DNA of 64,000 bases, from contig BTUM01000003.1 in assembly GCA_045863235.1 (NCBI GenBank), positions 64,001 to 128,000 on the forward strand, written 5' to 3'. The translations under genes and the position numbers were made by a program. How positions within the stretch are numbered: position 1 is the first letter of the stretch; each line of letters begins with the position of its first letter. The notes under the pieces were generated by a model. The model had not been told where the DNA came from and did no database searches. It saw only the letters and a list, made by a program, of their open reading frames with translations. This DNA comes from Candidatus Xenobia bacterium. Its GTDB lineage: Bacteria; Vulcanimicrobiota; Xenobia; Xenobiales; QWHO01. Of the stretch, positions 28,403 to 38,417 are shown in pieces.

Positions 28403-29984
28403 CGGGTTGCACCACCGGAGGCTTCACCCCTTCGGGCAGCGAGTCGACCCAGGTGCGGAAGAGCTCGAGCTCGTCGATGTCCTCGATGGCTCTCAGGAAG
28501 CGCTCGGCCTGGCGCACGAAGCCGGCCTGGACGGCCACCTTCAGAGCGCTCTTGAAAGCCTCCACCGCCTTCTGGTTCTCCTTTTTGGTGCGATACAGCA
28601 CGCCCAGCTCGTACCAGGTCTCTGCCAGCCAGGCGGTGTTGCCCTTCTTCTGCAGGTCTTCCAGGGCCTGGAGAAACTGCCCCTCGGCCTTCTCATGGTT
28701 ATTCTCGAGCCGGTCGATCGTGCCGAAGAGCGCTTGTAGGTAGGCCGCTTCCAGCTGGCGTTGGGCCCCCAGGAAGTAGTTGCGCGACTTGCTACCCACC
28801 TCGCGGGCCCGGTCGGGAGCGCCGTTCTTGAGGTGCGCCTGACACAGGTCCATGTAGACACGGGCGATGTTGATCGAGTCGTCCACATACTGGAACAGAC
28901 CCAGGCTCTCCTCGAGATTGCGGATGGCCTCGTCCAGGTCACCGACCTGGATCAAGCAGCGCCCGAGGTTGCGATAGGAGTAGCCCATGGCGTAGAAGTT
29001 GCGAAAGCGAGTGCTGATCTCGAGGTCGCGGCGGAAGTAGTCCACGGCGATCTCGTACTCTTCGCGCACCATGTGCACCTGGCCCAGCTTGCCGTAGATG
29101 GTGGCCAGCTCGGTCTTGGCCCCCAGCCGGCGGCACAGGCCCTCGCCCTTCTTCAGGGTGTAGATGGCCTCTTCCAGCCGGTTGAGCGAGAGGAAGGTGC
29201 GCCCGATGGAGTCGTAGACTTTGGCCTGTCCGTAGGCGCAGCTGGCCGTCTTGTAGATCTTGAGGGCGGCCAGGTGCCAGTCGAGCGCGCCCCGGAAGTC
29301 TCCGGCGGTACTGACCATCACGCCGATGTAGCGCTTGACCGAGGCCTCCTCCAGGGTCAAAGGCATGCCCTCGAGCAGCTTGAGAGCCTCCTCCAGGTGC
29401 ACCTTGGCCTGCTCGCTCTGGCCGAGGCGGAAGTTGTAGAGCCCGAACTGCGAGAGGATGGTGGCCCGCAGGCGGCGCGTCTCGGGCGAATCGGGCAGGC
29501 CCTCGGAGGCCTTCAGGGCCTCCTCGATGTAGCTGCGGCCCTCGTCGAGTTCGCCCTGGCGCGAGGAGTTGGCCCCCAGGAAATACTTGGCCTGGGCGAT
29601 CAGGCGCTGGTCTTTGAGCTCGGTGGCCAGCTCCAGGGCGGCTCGAAAGCAGTCGGAAGCCGGAATGCGGTCGCCTCGGTTGCTCAGGATCTCGCCCTTC
29701 TTCAGGTGAGCCCGCACCAGATCGGGCCGCGTCCGGGGACCGGGCTCGATCTTGGAGACCTTGTCCAGCTCGCGCAGGGCACGATCCCACTTGCCCAGCA
29801 CCAGACAGACGCCGCAGAAGGCGTTGCGAGCCTGCAGCTCGAGCTCCTCGGTCTGGGGGCCGAGCGGCAGGAGCCGCACCGACTCGAGCGCTCTGGTGTA
29901 TACGTCAAGCGCCTGGGGATACTGCAGCTGGCTGACCAGCTGGCTGCCCTCCAAAAACATGGCCTGAATGTCGGATGGATTCAC
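28395..29984 (-). CDS. tetratricopeptide repeat protein
   Basis: GGAGGTG SD before GTG; tandem TPR units along the whole length. Confidence 0.85.
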   Translation of the reverse strand: MNPSDIQAMFLEGSQLVSQLQYPQALDVYTRALESVRLLPLGPQTEELELQARNAFCGVCLVLGKWDRALRELDKVSKIEPGPRTRPDLVRAHLKKGEILSNRGDRIPASDCFRAALELATELKDQRLIAQAKYFLGANSSRQGELDEGRSYIEEALKASEGLPDSPETRRLRATILSQFGLYNFRLGQSEQAKVHLEEALKLLEGMPLTLEEASVKRYIGVMVSTAGDFRGALDWHLAALKIYKTASCAYGQAKVYDSIGRTFLSLNRLEEAIYTLKKGEGLCRRLGAKTELATIYGKLGQVHMVREEYEIAVDYFRRDLEISTRFRNFYAMGYSYRNLGRCLIQVGDLDEAIRNLEESLGLFQYVDDSINIARVYMDLCQAHLKNGAPDRAREVGSKSRNYFLGAQRQLEAAYLQALFGTIDRLENNHEKAEGQFLQALEDLQKKGNTAWLAETWYELGVLYRTKKENQKAVEAFKSALKVAVQAGFVRQAERFLRAIEDIDELELFRTWVDSLPEGVKPPVVQPAG

Positions 29985-30073
29985 CGGGGCACCTCCCGGA
30001 CGGGTCTCTTCCAAAGAGTTCAAAGGACTCCCCTCCGGCTCTCGAGCGAACTTCGGCTGCCCCTTCGCCAAAC

Positions 30074-30108
30074 CAAAAGCGGGCCCCTGTCCTCAGGGCC
30101 CGCTTTTG
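30074..30108 (-). terminator. intrinsic terminator (possibly bidirectional)
   Basis: CAAAAGCGGGCCC-N9-GGGCCCGCTTTTG right after the stop of the PilZ gene. Confidence 0.75.
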
Positions 30109-30109
30109 T

Positions 30110-30664
30110 TCAGGCGCTTCGAGGTCGGGGACAGATGGAAGAGACCCGCACGAGCAGGTCACGCAAAGCGCTCATCTGTTTTGGCCCGCGCCCCACGAAG
30201 CGAACCCGGCATCCGCCCGGACAGCGCTGCACCACCCTGGCCCACAGATCGATGCCCATCAGATCGATCTGGACCACCTTACCGGCATCGAGCGGAAGAT
30301 CGAGCCGGGCTCCATCCATGCCCAGGTCGATGGTGTAGCCACGCAGGCCGTTCTTGACGCGGACCGGGAAGAGAGCCGGAAAGCGGCGAGCCCGGCGCGG
30401 TCGCTGCTCGGTCTTGCGTGCTCCCACCAGGATCACCCCGGCCAGGTTGCCGCGCACCCATTTCACCCGACCGAATCGGTCCTCCACGCGGACTCGAGCG
30501 CCCACGGCGGGACGGTCGAGGAAGGCCACGCGCGCTCCTCGAGGGCTGCTGTCGAGCAAGAAACCCAATCCCGGCAAGCTGCGCAGCTCGCTGCGCCGTC
30601 CTTCGCGCCTTCGATCCCAGATGCGGTCGTCCTGAGTCAGACTGTAAACAAGCTCATGGTACAT
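30110..30664 (-). CDS. PilZ domain protein (tandem PilZ-like)
   Basis: RREGRR...DSSPRGA and RRARR...DLGMDGA; AGGAGG SD. Confidence 0.7.
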   Translation of the reverse strand: MYHELVYSLTQDDRIWDRRREGRRSELRSLPGLGFLLDSSPRGARVAFLDRPAVGARVRVEDRFGRVKWVRGNLAGVILVGARKTEQRPRRARRFPALFPVRVKNGLRGYTIDLGMDGARLDLPLDAGKVVQIDLMGIDLWARVVQRCPGGCRVRFVGRGPKQMSALRDLLVRVSSICPRPRSA

Positions 30665-30752
30665 GGTGGCCTCCTGAGGCTGATTTTAAACCAGTCTGAG
30701 GGGCAGTGGCTGTCAGGCTGTTGGAATTTGTGCAAACTTTGTTGCCGAATTG

Positions 30753-31964
30753 TTACGAGTTTCCGTCGGCGCGCACGATGGTGAGGCGCCACTGACCCGG
30801 GCCCGATGTTGCGCCTCCGGCCAGGGAATGGTCAAACAGGAGCGACGAGGATCCGCTCATGGTCACGGAGCGGGCCACCAGGGCCCCGATGATGCGCGAG
30901 TCTCCGGAAGTACTGGCATTGGAGTCAGGCGCATAGACCCCGCCACGTAGCCCGGCGTCCATGCTGAGCGACAGGCTCCCTCCCAGCACGATGACCTGGA
31001 GATTGGAGGGATTCCCCCCGGGGTTGATCTGGGTGGTGCCCGACTGGCTCAGCCCGTTGTCGGCCAGGATCAAGACCGGGCCGGAAGGATTCTGGATGAC
31101 CAGGCGCGAGGAGCCGCTCAGACTGATTCCCTGGGCAAAGAAGTACTGTCCCGAGGTCAGCACCGCCTGGCTGTCGCCGCTCATCGAGAGTCTCCGATAG
31201 TTGCCCGGAGCCAGGTCCTGTTGATCGGTTCCGCTCAGGCTCACCGCCTGCAAAGGGCCGGTGGTGCTGGGAGCGGCATAGCTGGTGAAGGTTTTGGGAA
31301 CGGTCAGCACCCCCAGCGAGCCGTAGGAGGAGGTGCCACTGTTGCTGACCGAGCCGGGCCCACCCCCTGGCCCGACCATGAGGAGCCCGTCGATGCGGCT
31401 GTCGCCGCTCATATTGACCACTCCGCCGGAGAAACCGTTGGTGCCCGTCTGAAAGGGCAGAGGGGAGGGCAAGGACGGCCCCCATGAGCGAATGGCGGAA
31501 GTGCCGGACATACTGATGCTGCCATCGGAAAAGAGCCCGTAATCGAACAGGTTGGTGCTCTGGCCCCGGATGGCCAGGGCCCCGGCCGTGAAGCGCGAGC
31601 TGCCAGAGCGCCCCACGCTCACCATGTAGACAGCCCCGGCCGGCACTGCAGTGCCGTCCGGGGCGAGCGTGGCGGGGCCGGCGGTGTTGTTGAGAAAGAG
31701 CACGTCGTAGCGCACCTGGCTCAGGTCCGGCATGGCGTCGCTGATGGGCGCTGACCAGGCGTCGTTGGCCTTGAGCCGGCTCAACCCCACCTGAAGCCCC
31801 GAGCGGGCCGCATGCTCGCATCGGGCCATGGTGGCCCGGTCGGAGGTGCGCCGCAGGCTCTGCACGCTCCAAAAGTGCACGCTCAGCACCAGCATCCACA
31901 GCAGGAGGCCGAAGAACAGCACCGAGACGAGCCCGAAGGCTCGGTCAGTTCTTGGGAACGACAT
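30753..31964 (-). CDS. PilX-like pilus assembly protein with Ser/Gly-rich beta-helix C-terminus
   Basis: Pilin-like hydrophobic N-terminus, AARSGL motif, repeated MSGxSxI, GGVYAPD. Confidence 0.65.
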   Translation of the reverse strand: MSFPRTDRAFGLVSVLFFGLLLWMLVLSVHFWSVQSLRRTSDRATMARCEHAARSGLQVGLSRLKANDAWSAPISDAMPDLSQVRYDVLFLNNTAGPATLAPDGTAVPAGAVYMVSVGRSGSSRFTAGALAIRGQSTNLFDYGLFSDGSISMSGTSAIRSWGPSLPSPLPFQTGTNGFSGGVVNMSGDSRIDGLLMVGPGGGPGSVSNSGTSSYGSLGVLTVPKTFTSYAAPSTTGPLQAVSLSGTDQQDLAPGNYRRLSMSGDSQAVLTSGQYFFAQGISLSGSSRLVIQNPSGPVLILADNGLSQSGTTQINPGGNPSNLQVIVLGGSLSLSMDAGLRGGVYAPDSNASTSGDSRIIGALVARSVTMSGSSSLLFDHSLAGGATSGPGQWRLTIVRADGNS

Positions 31965-32523
31965 CGCTTCGGCTTTCGATGCGGAAGAGCTCGGTGGCAA
32001 CCGTCCGCGAGGAGACCAGTCGCATGGAGACCGGGTTGGTGCCCGAGAACTCCACTTGCTCGAGGTTGCGAGCCAGCACGCTGTAAGGCGCCGCACTGGT
32101 TCGAAAAGACAGAACATCCAGGGTATCGGGTAGAATGGGGGCCGTGTCCAGAGGAACGGGCAAGGCTTGCTCCTTGCGCAACAGGCAGTTGACTCCGTTG
32201 ATGGGAGCCAGGTAGTAGCAGATGTATTTGCGCCACATCAGGCGCCCCTGGGAGTCGACCTGCAGATTGCCGGTCAGGTCCCTGGGTGAGGCCATCACCA
32301 GCCCTCCAGGCTCGGCGCGCAGACTGGCCGGGTTGCCCTCGGATAGATCTCGCGACAGCAGCGCCATGGCGGCCAGGTTGCTCTGTTGCAGCTCCAGGCT
32401 GACCTCCAGGGCCCGGTGGTAGCGCACGCTCTGCACGAACAGCATGGCCAGACCGGTCAAGACCAGCGAGGCCAGGGCGCAGGCCACCAGAAGCTCAGGA
32501 AGGGTCAATCCGCGGCGTCTCAT
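31945..32523 (-). CDS. PilW-like minor pilin (prepilin N-methylation motif)
   Basis: MRRRGLTLPELLVA. Confidence 0.85.
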   Translation of the reverse strand: MRRRGLTLPELLVACALASLVLTGLAMLFVQSVRYHRALEVSLELQQSNLAAMALLSRDLSEGNPASLRAEPGGLVMASPRDLTGNLQVDSQGRLMWRKYICYYLAPINGVNCLLRKEQALPVPLDTAPILPDTLDVLSFRTSAAPYSVLARNLEQVEFSGTNPVSMRLVSSRTVATELFRIESRSDVVPKN

Positions 32524-32903
32524 CAGGGGCTCACCACCAGGGCCTCCACCTGCTCGGAGAGCGCTCGCTCACCCTCCCTCCAGCGCACTGTGACCAGCAC
32601 CGAGCGAAGGTCGGGCGGCCGGTCGGCCACCACCACCTCATAGTCATAGCGCGTGCTCTGCACCACGTTGCGGATGGTGCTGTCCAGCACGATGCTGCCG
32701 CTGGTCGAGCTCATGCCGGCGTACCCCTGCGACAGGGTCAGCTCGAGCTGCTGCTGGGCCAGGTGCACGGCTGCCATGCGATGGCGTCCGGTCACCGCGC
32801 CTCGAGAAAGCTGAGGTAAGAGCGGAGCCAGGCTGACCAGGATCACTCCGGCCAGCACCGTTGCGACCATCATCTCCAGCAGGCTGAAGCCTCTCCCCCT
32901 CAT
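32523..32903 (-). CDS. PilV-like minor pilin
   Basis: MRGRGFSLLEMMVA; VTVRW C-terminus. Confidence 0.85.
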   Translation of the reverse strand: MRGRGFSLLEMMVATVLAGVILVSLAPLLPQLSRGAVTGRHRMAAVHLAQQQLELTLSQGYAGMSSTSGSIVLDSTIRNVVQSTRYDYEVVVADRPPDLRSVLVTVRWREGERALSEQVEALVVSP

Positions 32904-35173
32904 GCTGGTGCCGGCAGGGCCAGCACGAAACGCGCCCCGCGCTGGCTCTCCTCCAATCGGAGCGTGCCTTCGTGGCGCTCCAGAATCTGACGGCTGACCG
33001 ACAATCCCAGACCCGTTCCCTGACCGATCGGCTTGGTGGTGAAGAACGGGTCGAAGATCTTCTCAGCCGCCTCCCTGGGCACCCCCGGACCGCTATCCTC
33101 CACCTCCAGCTCGAGCCAGGACGCTTGCTGGCGGGTGCGCACCCACACCCTACCCCCGGAGGGCAGGACATCGCGAGCGTTGAGCAACAAGTTGACCAGC
33201 ACCTGCTGGATCTCGTTGGGGCACATGCTGGTCCGGGGCAGCTCGGCCAGCTCGCACTCGACCTCCAGGCCGCTCAGACGCAGCTGATGGCCGTAGAGCT
33301 CCAGGGTATCCCGGACCACCTGGTTGAGATCGGCTTCGACCTTGCCTTCGCGTGCATCGCGAGCGTAGTAGAGGAGCTTGGCCACGATGTCGCGGGCGCG
33401 CAGGCCCGAGCGCACGGTCACATCGAGGTGCTTTCGAGCCCGCTCGGGAGAGCTCTCGACCAGCTCGGAGGCCGTCTCGGCTGCCAGCAGGATGCTGTTG
33501 AGGGGAGTGTTCAGCTCGTGGGCCACTCCGGCCGCCAGCTGGCCCACGGCCGCCAGCTTGGAGCTCTGCACCAGCTGCACCTCGGATTCTTGCAGTCGCC
33601 TCAGGGCATCGGACAGATCCTGGTAGTGACGCGCATTGTCCAGCGCCAGCCCGGCGTGACAGGCCAGCATGAAGAGCAGATCATGCTGATGACGAGGGAA
33701 AGCCTCCTTCTCGACCCGACCCAGGCAAAGCACTCCTACCGCCCCGCTCTCGGCCATCAGGGGAACCAGCAGCAGGCTCTCTTCGCCTTCCTGCAGAGGT
33801 TGCCAGCGTCCATCCAGAGCCAGGGGCCGACCGCTCTTGAGAGCCGGTCCGAGCTGAGGGCGCATCCGCTCGGCGAAGGCCAGCCCCAGCTCGGGAGGAC
33901 GAGCGCGCACCAGCTCTTCCCCTAGAAACAGCGCCAGACTGGGACAGGGAGCGCTCTCCAGGGCTTTGTCCACCAGCACGTCCAGGATGGCCCTCGAGTC
34001 CAGCGTGGAGGAGGCCGCCCGGGCTCCCTCCACCAGCCGCGACAGGCCCTCGGCCCAGGTCTCCAGGCGACGACAGGACTCCTGGTAGAGCTCCAGGGCC
34101 CGCTTCTGCTCGTCGCGTAAGAGCAGCGAGGAGGCTGCCACGGCGGCCTGGTTGGTGAGCAAGGTGATCAGGCGCAGCTCCTGGTTGGTCAGGGGGAAGT
34201 TGGGAGCCCGGCCCACGTAGACCACTCCCAGGTTCCCCAGCGGCAGGGCCACAGCCGAGCCTTCCGAGGGAAACAGGGCCCCGCCCGGACCCTGGCTGCG
34301 AGAGGCCATGGCTCTGGTCTTCCAGGCCTGCTCCACCAGCTCTTCACTCAGTCCGGTCAGCTCGGCGTTGGCCAGCTGCTCTCGGAAGGGCGAGCGAAAG
34401 GCGCGCGGCAACAACCGGCCTTCCTTCTCCATGAACACCACAGCGCTCTGGCAGTCCACCATGGAAGCCAGGCGAGCCACCAGGTTCTCGAGACAGAGAG
34501 GCAGGCTGGCGCTGGCACCCAGCTCCAGGGTGGCCTCCTCCAGCAGCACATAGTCGTGGCGGCTCTTCTCCAACTCGTGACGCAGCTCGTCCTCGAGCCG
34601 GCGTCGCGAAGGGGTGGTCTCACGCGGGGGCGCCTGAACTTGGGCGGGGGCACTGGCGCGCAGGGTCGGCACCAGGGCGGCCGCGGCCAGCAGGGCCAGC
34701 ACCGTGATCCAGCTTTGCCCCAGCGTGCCCCCCAGAGCCACCGCCAGGCCGCAGCTCACCAGGGCCCGCGGGAACGAGGGGGGGCGTTTCAGGTGCAGGG
34801 CCACGGGCAGGTAGAGGTCGACCAGCAACAAGACCTGGCCCCAGCGGGGCAGCCCCGGCCCGAGCAGTGCCAGCGGCAAGGTGGCTGCCAGCACGGGCAG
34901 GGCCTCCCCCGCCACCTCCTCCAGGCGGCCCCGGCGGAACACCATCCGGGTCGCCATCCCCAGAGTGAGCAGCAGCACCGTCCAGGCCGGACCCAGACCG
35001 GGAGCCAGAGCGACCCCAAGATAGAGGGCCGAGGCTCCCCCGACCAGCTCGAGCAGCACCGTAGCCAGCAGGAGCAGGGCCGCTTCCGGCGGAACAGGCA
35101 CAGCCCGGCCCAGGGTCAGCGCCAGGCCTCCGGCATAAAGAAGGCCAGCCAGCACCCAGGCTGTTCCGGGCAA
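32900..35173 (-). CDS. membrane sensor histidine kinase with GAF domains (start uncertain)
   Basis: TM region, two GAF-like segments, AHELNTPL H-box, NLLLNA, DSGPG and GTGLGL. Confidence 0.9.
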   Translation of the reverse strand: MPGTAWVLAGLLYAGGLALTLGRAVPVPPEAALLLLATVLLELVGGASALYLGVALAPGLGPAWTVLLLTLGMATRMVFRRGRLEEVAGEALPVLAATLPLALLGPGLPRWGQVLLLVDLYLPVALHLKRPPSFPRALVSCGLAVALGGTLGQSWITVLALLAAAALVPTLRASAPAQVQAPPRETTPSRRRLEDELRHELEKSRHDYVLLEEATLELGASASLPLCLENLVARLASMVDCQSAVVFMEKEGRLLPRAFRSPFREQLANAELTGLSEELVEQAWKTRAMASRSQGPGGALFPSEGSAVALPLGNLGVVYVGRAPNFPLTNQELRLITLLTNQAAVAASSLLLRDEQKRALELYQESCRRLETWAEGLSRLVEGARAASSTLDSRAILDVLVDKALESAPCPSLALFLGEELVRARPPELGLAFAERMRPQLGPALKSGRPLALDGRWQPLQEGEESLLLVPLMAESGAVGVLCLGRVEKEAFPRHQHDLLFMLACHAGLALDNARHYQDLSDALRRLQESEVQLVQSSKLAAVGQLAAGVAHELNTPLNSILLAAETASELVESSPERARKHLDVTVRSGLRARDIVAKLLYYARDAREGKVEADLNQVVRDTLELYGHQLRLSGLEVECELAELPRTSMCPNEIQQVLVNLLLNARDVLPSGGRVWVRTRQQASWLELEVEDSGPGVPREAAEKIFDPFFTTKPIGQGTGLGLSVSRQILERHEGTLRLEESQRGARFVLALPAPA

Positions 35174-35224
35174 TCGCGTGGGGGGCGAATGAGTGTTCAG
35201 TCTGTTCTGGGAATTGGCGCGCCG

Positions 35225-36253
35225 ATGCCTTTGAACCTGCCTCAAATGAGCCAGCTGACCCGCCAGCTGGCCACCCTGTTCAATGCCGGAGTTCCCCTCA
35301 CGCGCAGCCTGGAAGTGTGCCGCACCGGGGAGAAGGCCGTCCAAACGGCGGTGGATCACATGGTGGCCAACCTGCGGCAAGGGCACAGTCTGTCAGAATC
35401 CATGCGACGCCAGTCCTTCCCCGAGCCGTACGTGCAGGCCGTGGCCGTAGGCGAGCGCACAGGAGGACTGGCCCTGGTGCTCGACCGGCTGGCCCTCGAT
35501 CTGGAGCGCCAGCACAACGAGCGCCGCAAACTCGTGGCCGCCCTGACCTACCCGGCCATGATGCTGGCAGTCGGGGGAGTCTTGTGCCTTCTCTTCACCT
35601 TCGTGCTACTGCCGGTGATGGAGCAGCTGTTCGTCTCCATGCGGCTGCAGCTGCCCCTGTTGACCCGCATCGTTCTGGCAGTCGGGACTGTGGCCCGCCA
35701 CCCGGCCGTGCTGGTCCCCGTTCTGCTCCTGCCCCTCAGCCTCTGGCTCAGCCGCGCTTCCATTCGCGCCTGGCTGGACGAGTCGTCACTGGGACTGCAG
35801 CTTGATAGCTTGTGGTTGCGCGTTCCCGTCGTGGAACGCCGGATTGCCAGCCGGCTGCTCTACCTGCTGGCTCTCCTGATCGATTCGGGCTGCCGCCTTT
35901 CCGAGGCGCTGGACATGCTCTCGCGCCTGAGCGGCAACCGCATGCTGGCCAGGCAGTTCCTGCAGATTCGCCAGCAGGTGTTCGAGGGCTCCAGCCTCAC
36001 CGAGGCCCTGCGCTCCTGCCAGGTCTTGCGTCAGGATACCCTGCAGCTGATCGGGGCGGGGGAAGAGTCGGCCCGCCTGGGAGCCCTGGCCCGGATGGCG
36101 GCCCGCCTGAACGAGCTGGAGGCCGATCACCTGACTGAAGTGATGACCGCCATGCTCGAGCCACTCTTGATGGTGGCCATGGGCGTGATCTCGGGGATCT
36201 TGTTCGTGGCTGTGCTGTTGCCCACCAGTATGCTGATCTCTGGGCTCACCTGA
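35225..36253 (+). CDS. type II secretion system F / PilC-family platform protein
   Basis: RQLATLFNAGVPL, GERTGGL, ALTYP and LEPLLM motifs. Confidence 0.9.
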   Translation: MPLNLPQMSQLTRQLATLFNAGVPLTRSLEVCRTGEKAVQTAVDHMVANLRQGHSLSESMRRQSFPEPYVQAVAVGERTGGLALVLDRLALDLERQHNERRKLVAALTYPAMMLAVGGVLCLLFTFVLLPVMEQLFVSMRLQLPLLTRIVLAVGTVARHPAVLVPVLLLPLSLWLSRASIRAWLDESSLGLQLDSLWLRVPVVERRIASRLLYLLALLIDSGCRLSEALDMLSRLSGNRMLARQFLQIRQQVFEGSSLTEALRSCQVLRQDTLQLIGAGEESARLGALARMAARLNELEADHLTEVMTAMLEPLLMVAMGVISGILFVAVLLPTSMLISGLT

Positions 36254-36377
36254 GGCGCCGCTCACTCACGTTCCTGCAGGAATCGAGGCCCCTTTGGGCG
36301 AAGGCACCAGGGCACGATACGCCTTCAACACTCGAGTTCGAGACGCGTCTCCCCTGCTGCGAGAGAGGAACCTGGAC

Positions 36378-36827
36378 GTGAAACGAACTTCGTGGTGGAC
36401 GAACAATTCCTCCAGCTTGTGGACCCGAATCCGGTCTGCGCTGCACCGAGACTGGCTCCAGACCCAACTGCACTTCGGAGCTTCCCACTGTTTCGACCTC
36501 AAGCAGAACTTCAAGCACACCCTGCTCCAGGCGCTGGGGAGGCAGTCGATCCCTGTAGGCGCCAATCTGACGGGGGACGAGAAGGCCAATCGCTTCGGAG
36601 TGGCCGCTCGTCACCATTATGCCGACGTCTTTCCAGACTGGGGCCCGGAGCTCGAGCGCGAGTTGCGGCGCGAGTGGGGCAAGGACTTCGACGAGCATCA
36701 GGAGGCGATCAAGCGAGGCTGGGAGTCGCAGATCCCCCAGCGCCGGTCCCAGCCGGATAAGGTGTCATCAGGGCGCAAGATCATCAACCACGGTGTGCGC
36801 TTCGACCCCGCGGACCCCAACGCATGA
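36378..36827 (+). CDS. hypothetical protein
   Basis: GAGAGG SD before GTG; W-rich WWT...RDWLQT...IKRGWE. Confidence 0.65.
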   Translation: MKRTSWWTNNSSSLWTRIRSALHRDWLQTQLHFGASHCFDLKQNFKHTLLQALGRQSIPVGANLTGDEKANRFGVAARHHYADVFPDWGPELERELRREWGKDFDEHQEAIKRGWESQIPQRRSQPDKVSSGRKIINHGVRFDPADPNA

Positions 36828-37207
36828 CCGGGCGCAATCGCGGAAATGCCGACCTGGTGAGCATCCTGCTGGGACTGCTGTTTTTCGTGGTCACGCTGGT
36901 GTGTGGCCTGATCTTGATGCGATTTCTGTTGCTCCTGGTGGGAGCCGAGCGGGGCCCGGGGAGCTTCGGCCTGATGATCGTCAGCCGCAGTGAGGCCCTC
37001 GTGAGCCCCTTTCTGAGCCTGGTTGGAGCTACCAGCCCCAAATTTGGCGTTGTCTTCGAGTATGCTTCCCTGCTGGCGGTGACAGTCTACGGGATGGGCG
37101 CCCTGATCGTGGTCGCCCTGGCCCGCGCGCTGTTCGCTCCCCGCAAAGCGGTCGGCTACACCTACAACGTGGGCAAAGAGCCCCGTCCCCGCCGCACCAA
37201 CCCCTGA
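36824..37207 (+). CDS. YggT-like small membrane protein
   Basis: ATGA overlap; TM-RFLL...SEALVSPF-TM pattern. Confidence 0.6.
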   Translation: MTGRNRGNADLVSILLGLLFFVVTLVCGLILMRFLLLLVGAERGPGSFGLMIVSRSEALVSPFLSLVGATSPKFGVVFEYASLLAVTVYGMGALIVVALARALFAPRKAVGYTYNVGKEPRPRRTNP

Positions 37208-37213
37208 GGCAAG

Positions 37214-38170
37214 TTAAAGCGGGATCGTCTGCCACTCGCGAGGGGTGACGGTGTAGAGGAAGTTGGAGATGGCCCGATGGACGTCCCAGCGGTCATAGGT
37301 TTCGAGCAGGTAGTCGAGGTAGAGGCAGCGCCGCGCCACCCCATCCAACTCGAACCCCCAGTACATCGACATCAAGGGATTGATGAACTGGGGCGTGCCG
37401 TGAGTGCGGGCGGTGGCGTGATGATCGCCAAACTGGCCTTCCCCGGCAGCCACGATGGAGGTGGTCACGATGCTCTCGTGGCCGGGCATGCGCTCGCACA
37501 CGAAGCGCACCGCCTCAGCGAAGGCCTGGAACTCGGGCATGCCGGGTAGAAGCGAGAAAGCGCCCAGGAAGTCCCCCGTGGGGGTGAGATCGGCCACCGC
37601 CTCCAGCACGTGGGCGTGACACACGCCGTGGTGGGTGTCTACCCCGAACCCGAGGTTGAGCAGCAAGCGTACCGGCAGATCGAGCTTGTGCACGGCCGCG
37701 ATGCTGGACATGTCCTCGGCCGGCGAGCCCAGTCCGGGCTCATCGCCGCGCATCAGGCTATCGGTGCCCCCGTCCACCAGGACGACCGCGTCCAGATCCA
37801 GCTCTTTGACCAGGTCCTGGTAGATCTGGAGCAAGATGGCCGCGCCTGCGGTGCGGAAGGAGTAAATGGGCACATCCTCGCCCTGACTCTGGAACCACTC
37901 GGAGAGATAGCGCTCGGGGAAGTAGTGATCCTCTCCCCCGCAGCCCGGCCTCACCTCGAGGATGCGTTTGGCGCTGCCGGTCCAGCGCCCACTGGCCCTG
38001 GCCAGCTCAGAGAAGGAGAGGCTGGCCAGAAAGACCTCCTTGCCCTGGCTCTTGAGGTGATGATAGAGCGGCACCCCGGTCAGGATGTCAAACCCACCGC
38101 CGGCTCCGGCTAGCAGGACTCGCTTACAGGGGGCGAGTTTCTCGAGGAAGGGCAGGCTGCCGAGAGTCAT
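37214..38170 (-). CDS. DUF1152 family protein
   Basis: GAGGGFD, VDGGTDSLMRGDEPGLGSP.ED and INPLM motifs. Confidence 0.85.
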   Translation of the reverse strand: MTLGSLPFLEKLAPCKRVLLAGAGGGFDILTGVPLYHHLKSQGKEVFLASLSFSELARASGRWTGSAKRILEVRPGCGGEDHYFPERYLSEWFQSQGEDVPIYSFRTAGAAILLQIYQDLVKELDLDAVVLVDGGTDSLMRGDEPGLGSPAEDMSSIAAVHKLDLPVRLLLNLGFGVDTHHGVCHAHVLEAVADLTPTGDFLGAFSLLPGMPEFQAFAEAVRFVCERMPGHESIVTTSIVAAGEGQFGDHHATARTHGTPQFINPLMSMYWGFELDGVARRCLYLDYLLETYDRWDVHRAISNFLYTVTPREWQTIPL

Positions 38171-38417
38171 GGCGAGCAGATCTCCTTCGCGATTGTGTGT
38201 TAACTATACACTAACTTGAGAGACAGGTCAAGTCCTGAGTTATCCTCCGGCTTTCGGTTCGATCAGACGCTGCAGCTTGATCCTCACTTGTTCTTCATCC
38301 AATCCTCATCCACAAGGCTTACCGGCCCGGCCCGGTGGTGGGATAATCACAGCAGAGCAGGAGCCCGAGCGGTGGGGGCTGGCCCGGCCTCATGACACGG
38401 ATTCGCGAGGAGAGCGC

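Noticed and set aside
30700..30756. Phased ACAA repeats upstream of the PilZ gene, and GTTAACAAA near 6307 and 47400, as a common operator
   Set aside because: Too short and degenerate to support without statistics.
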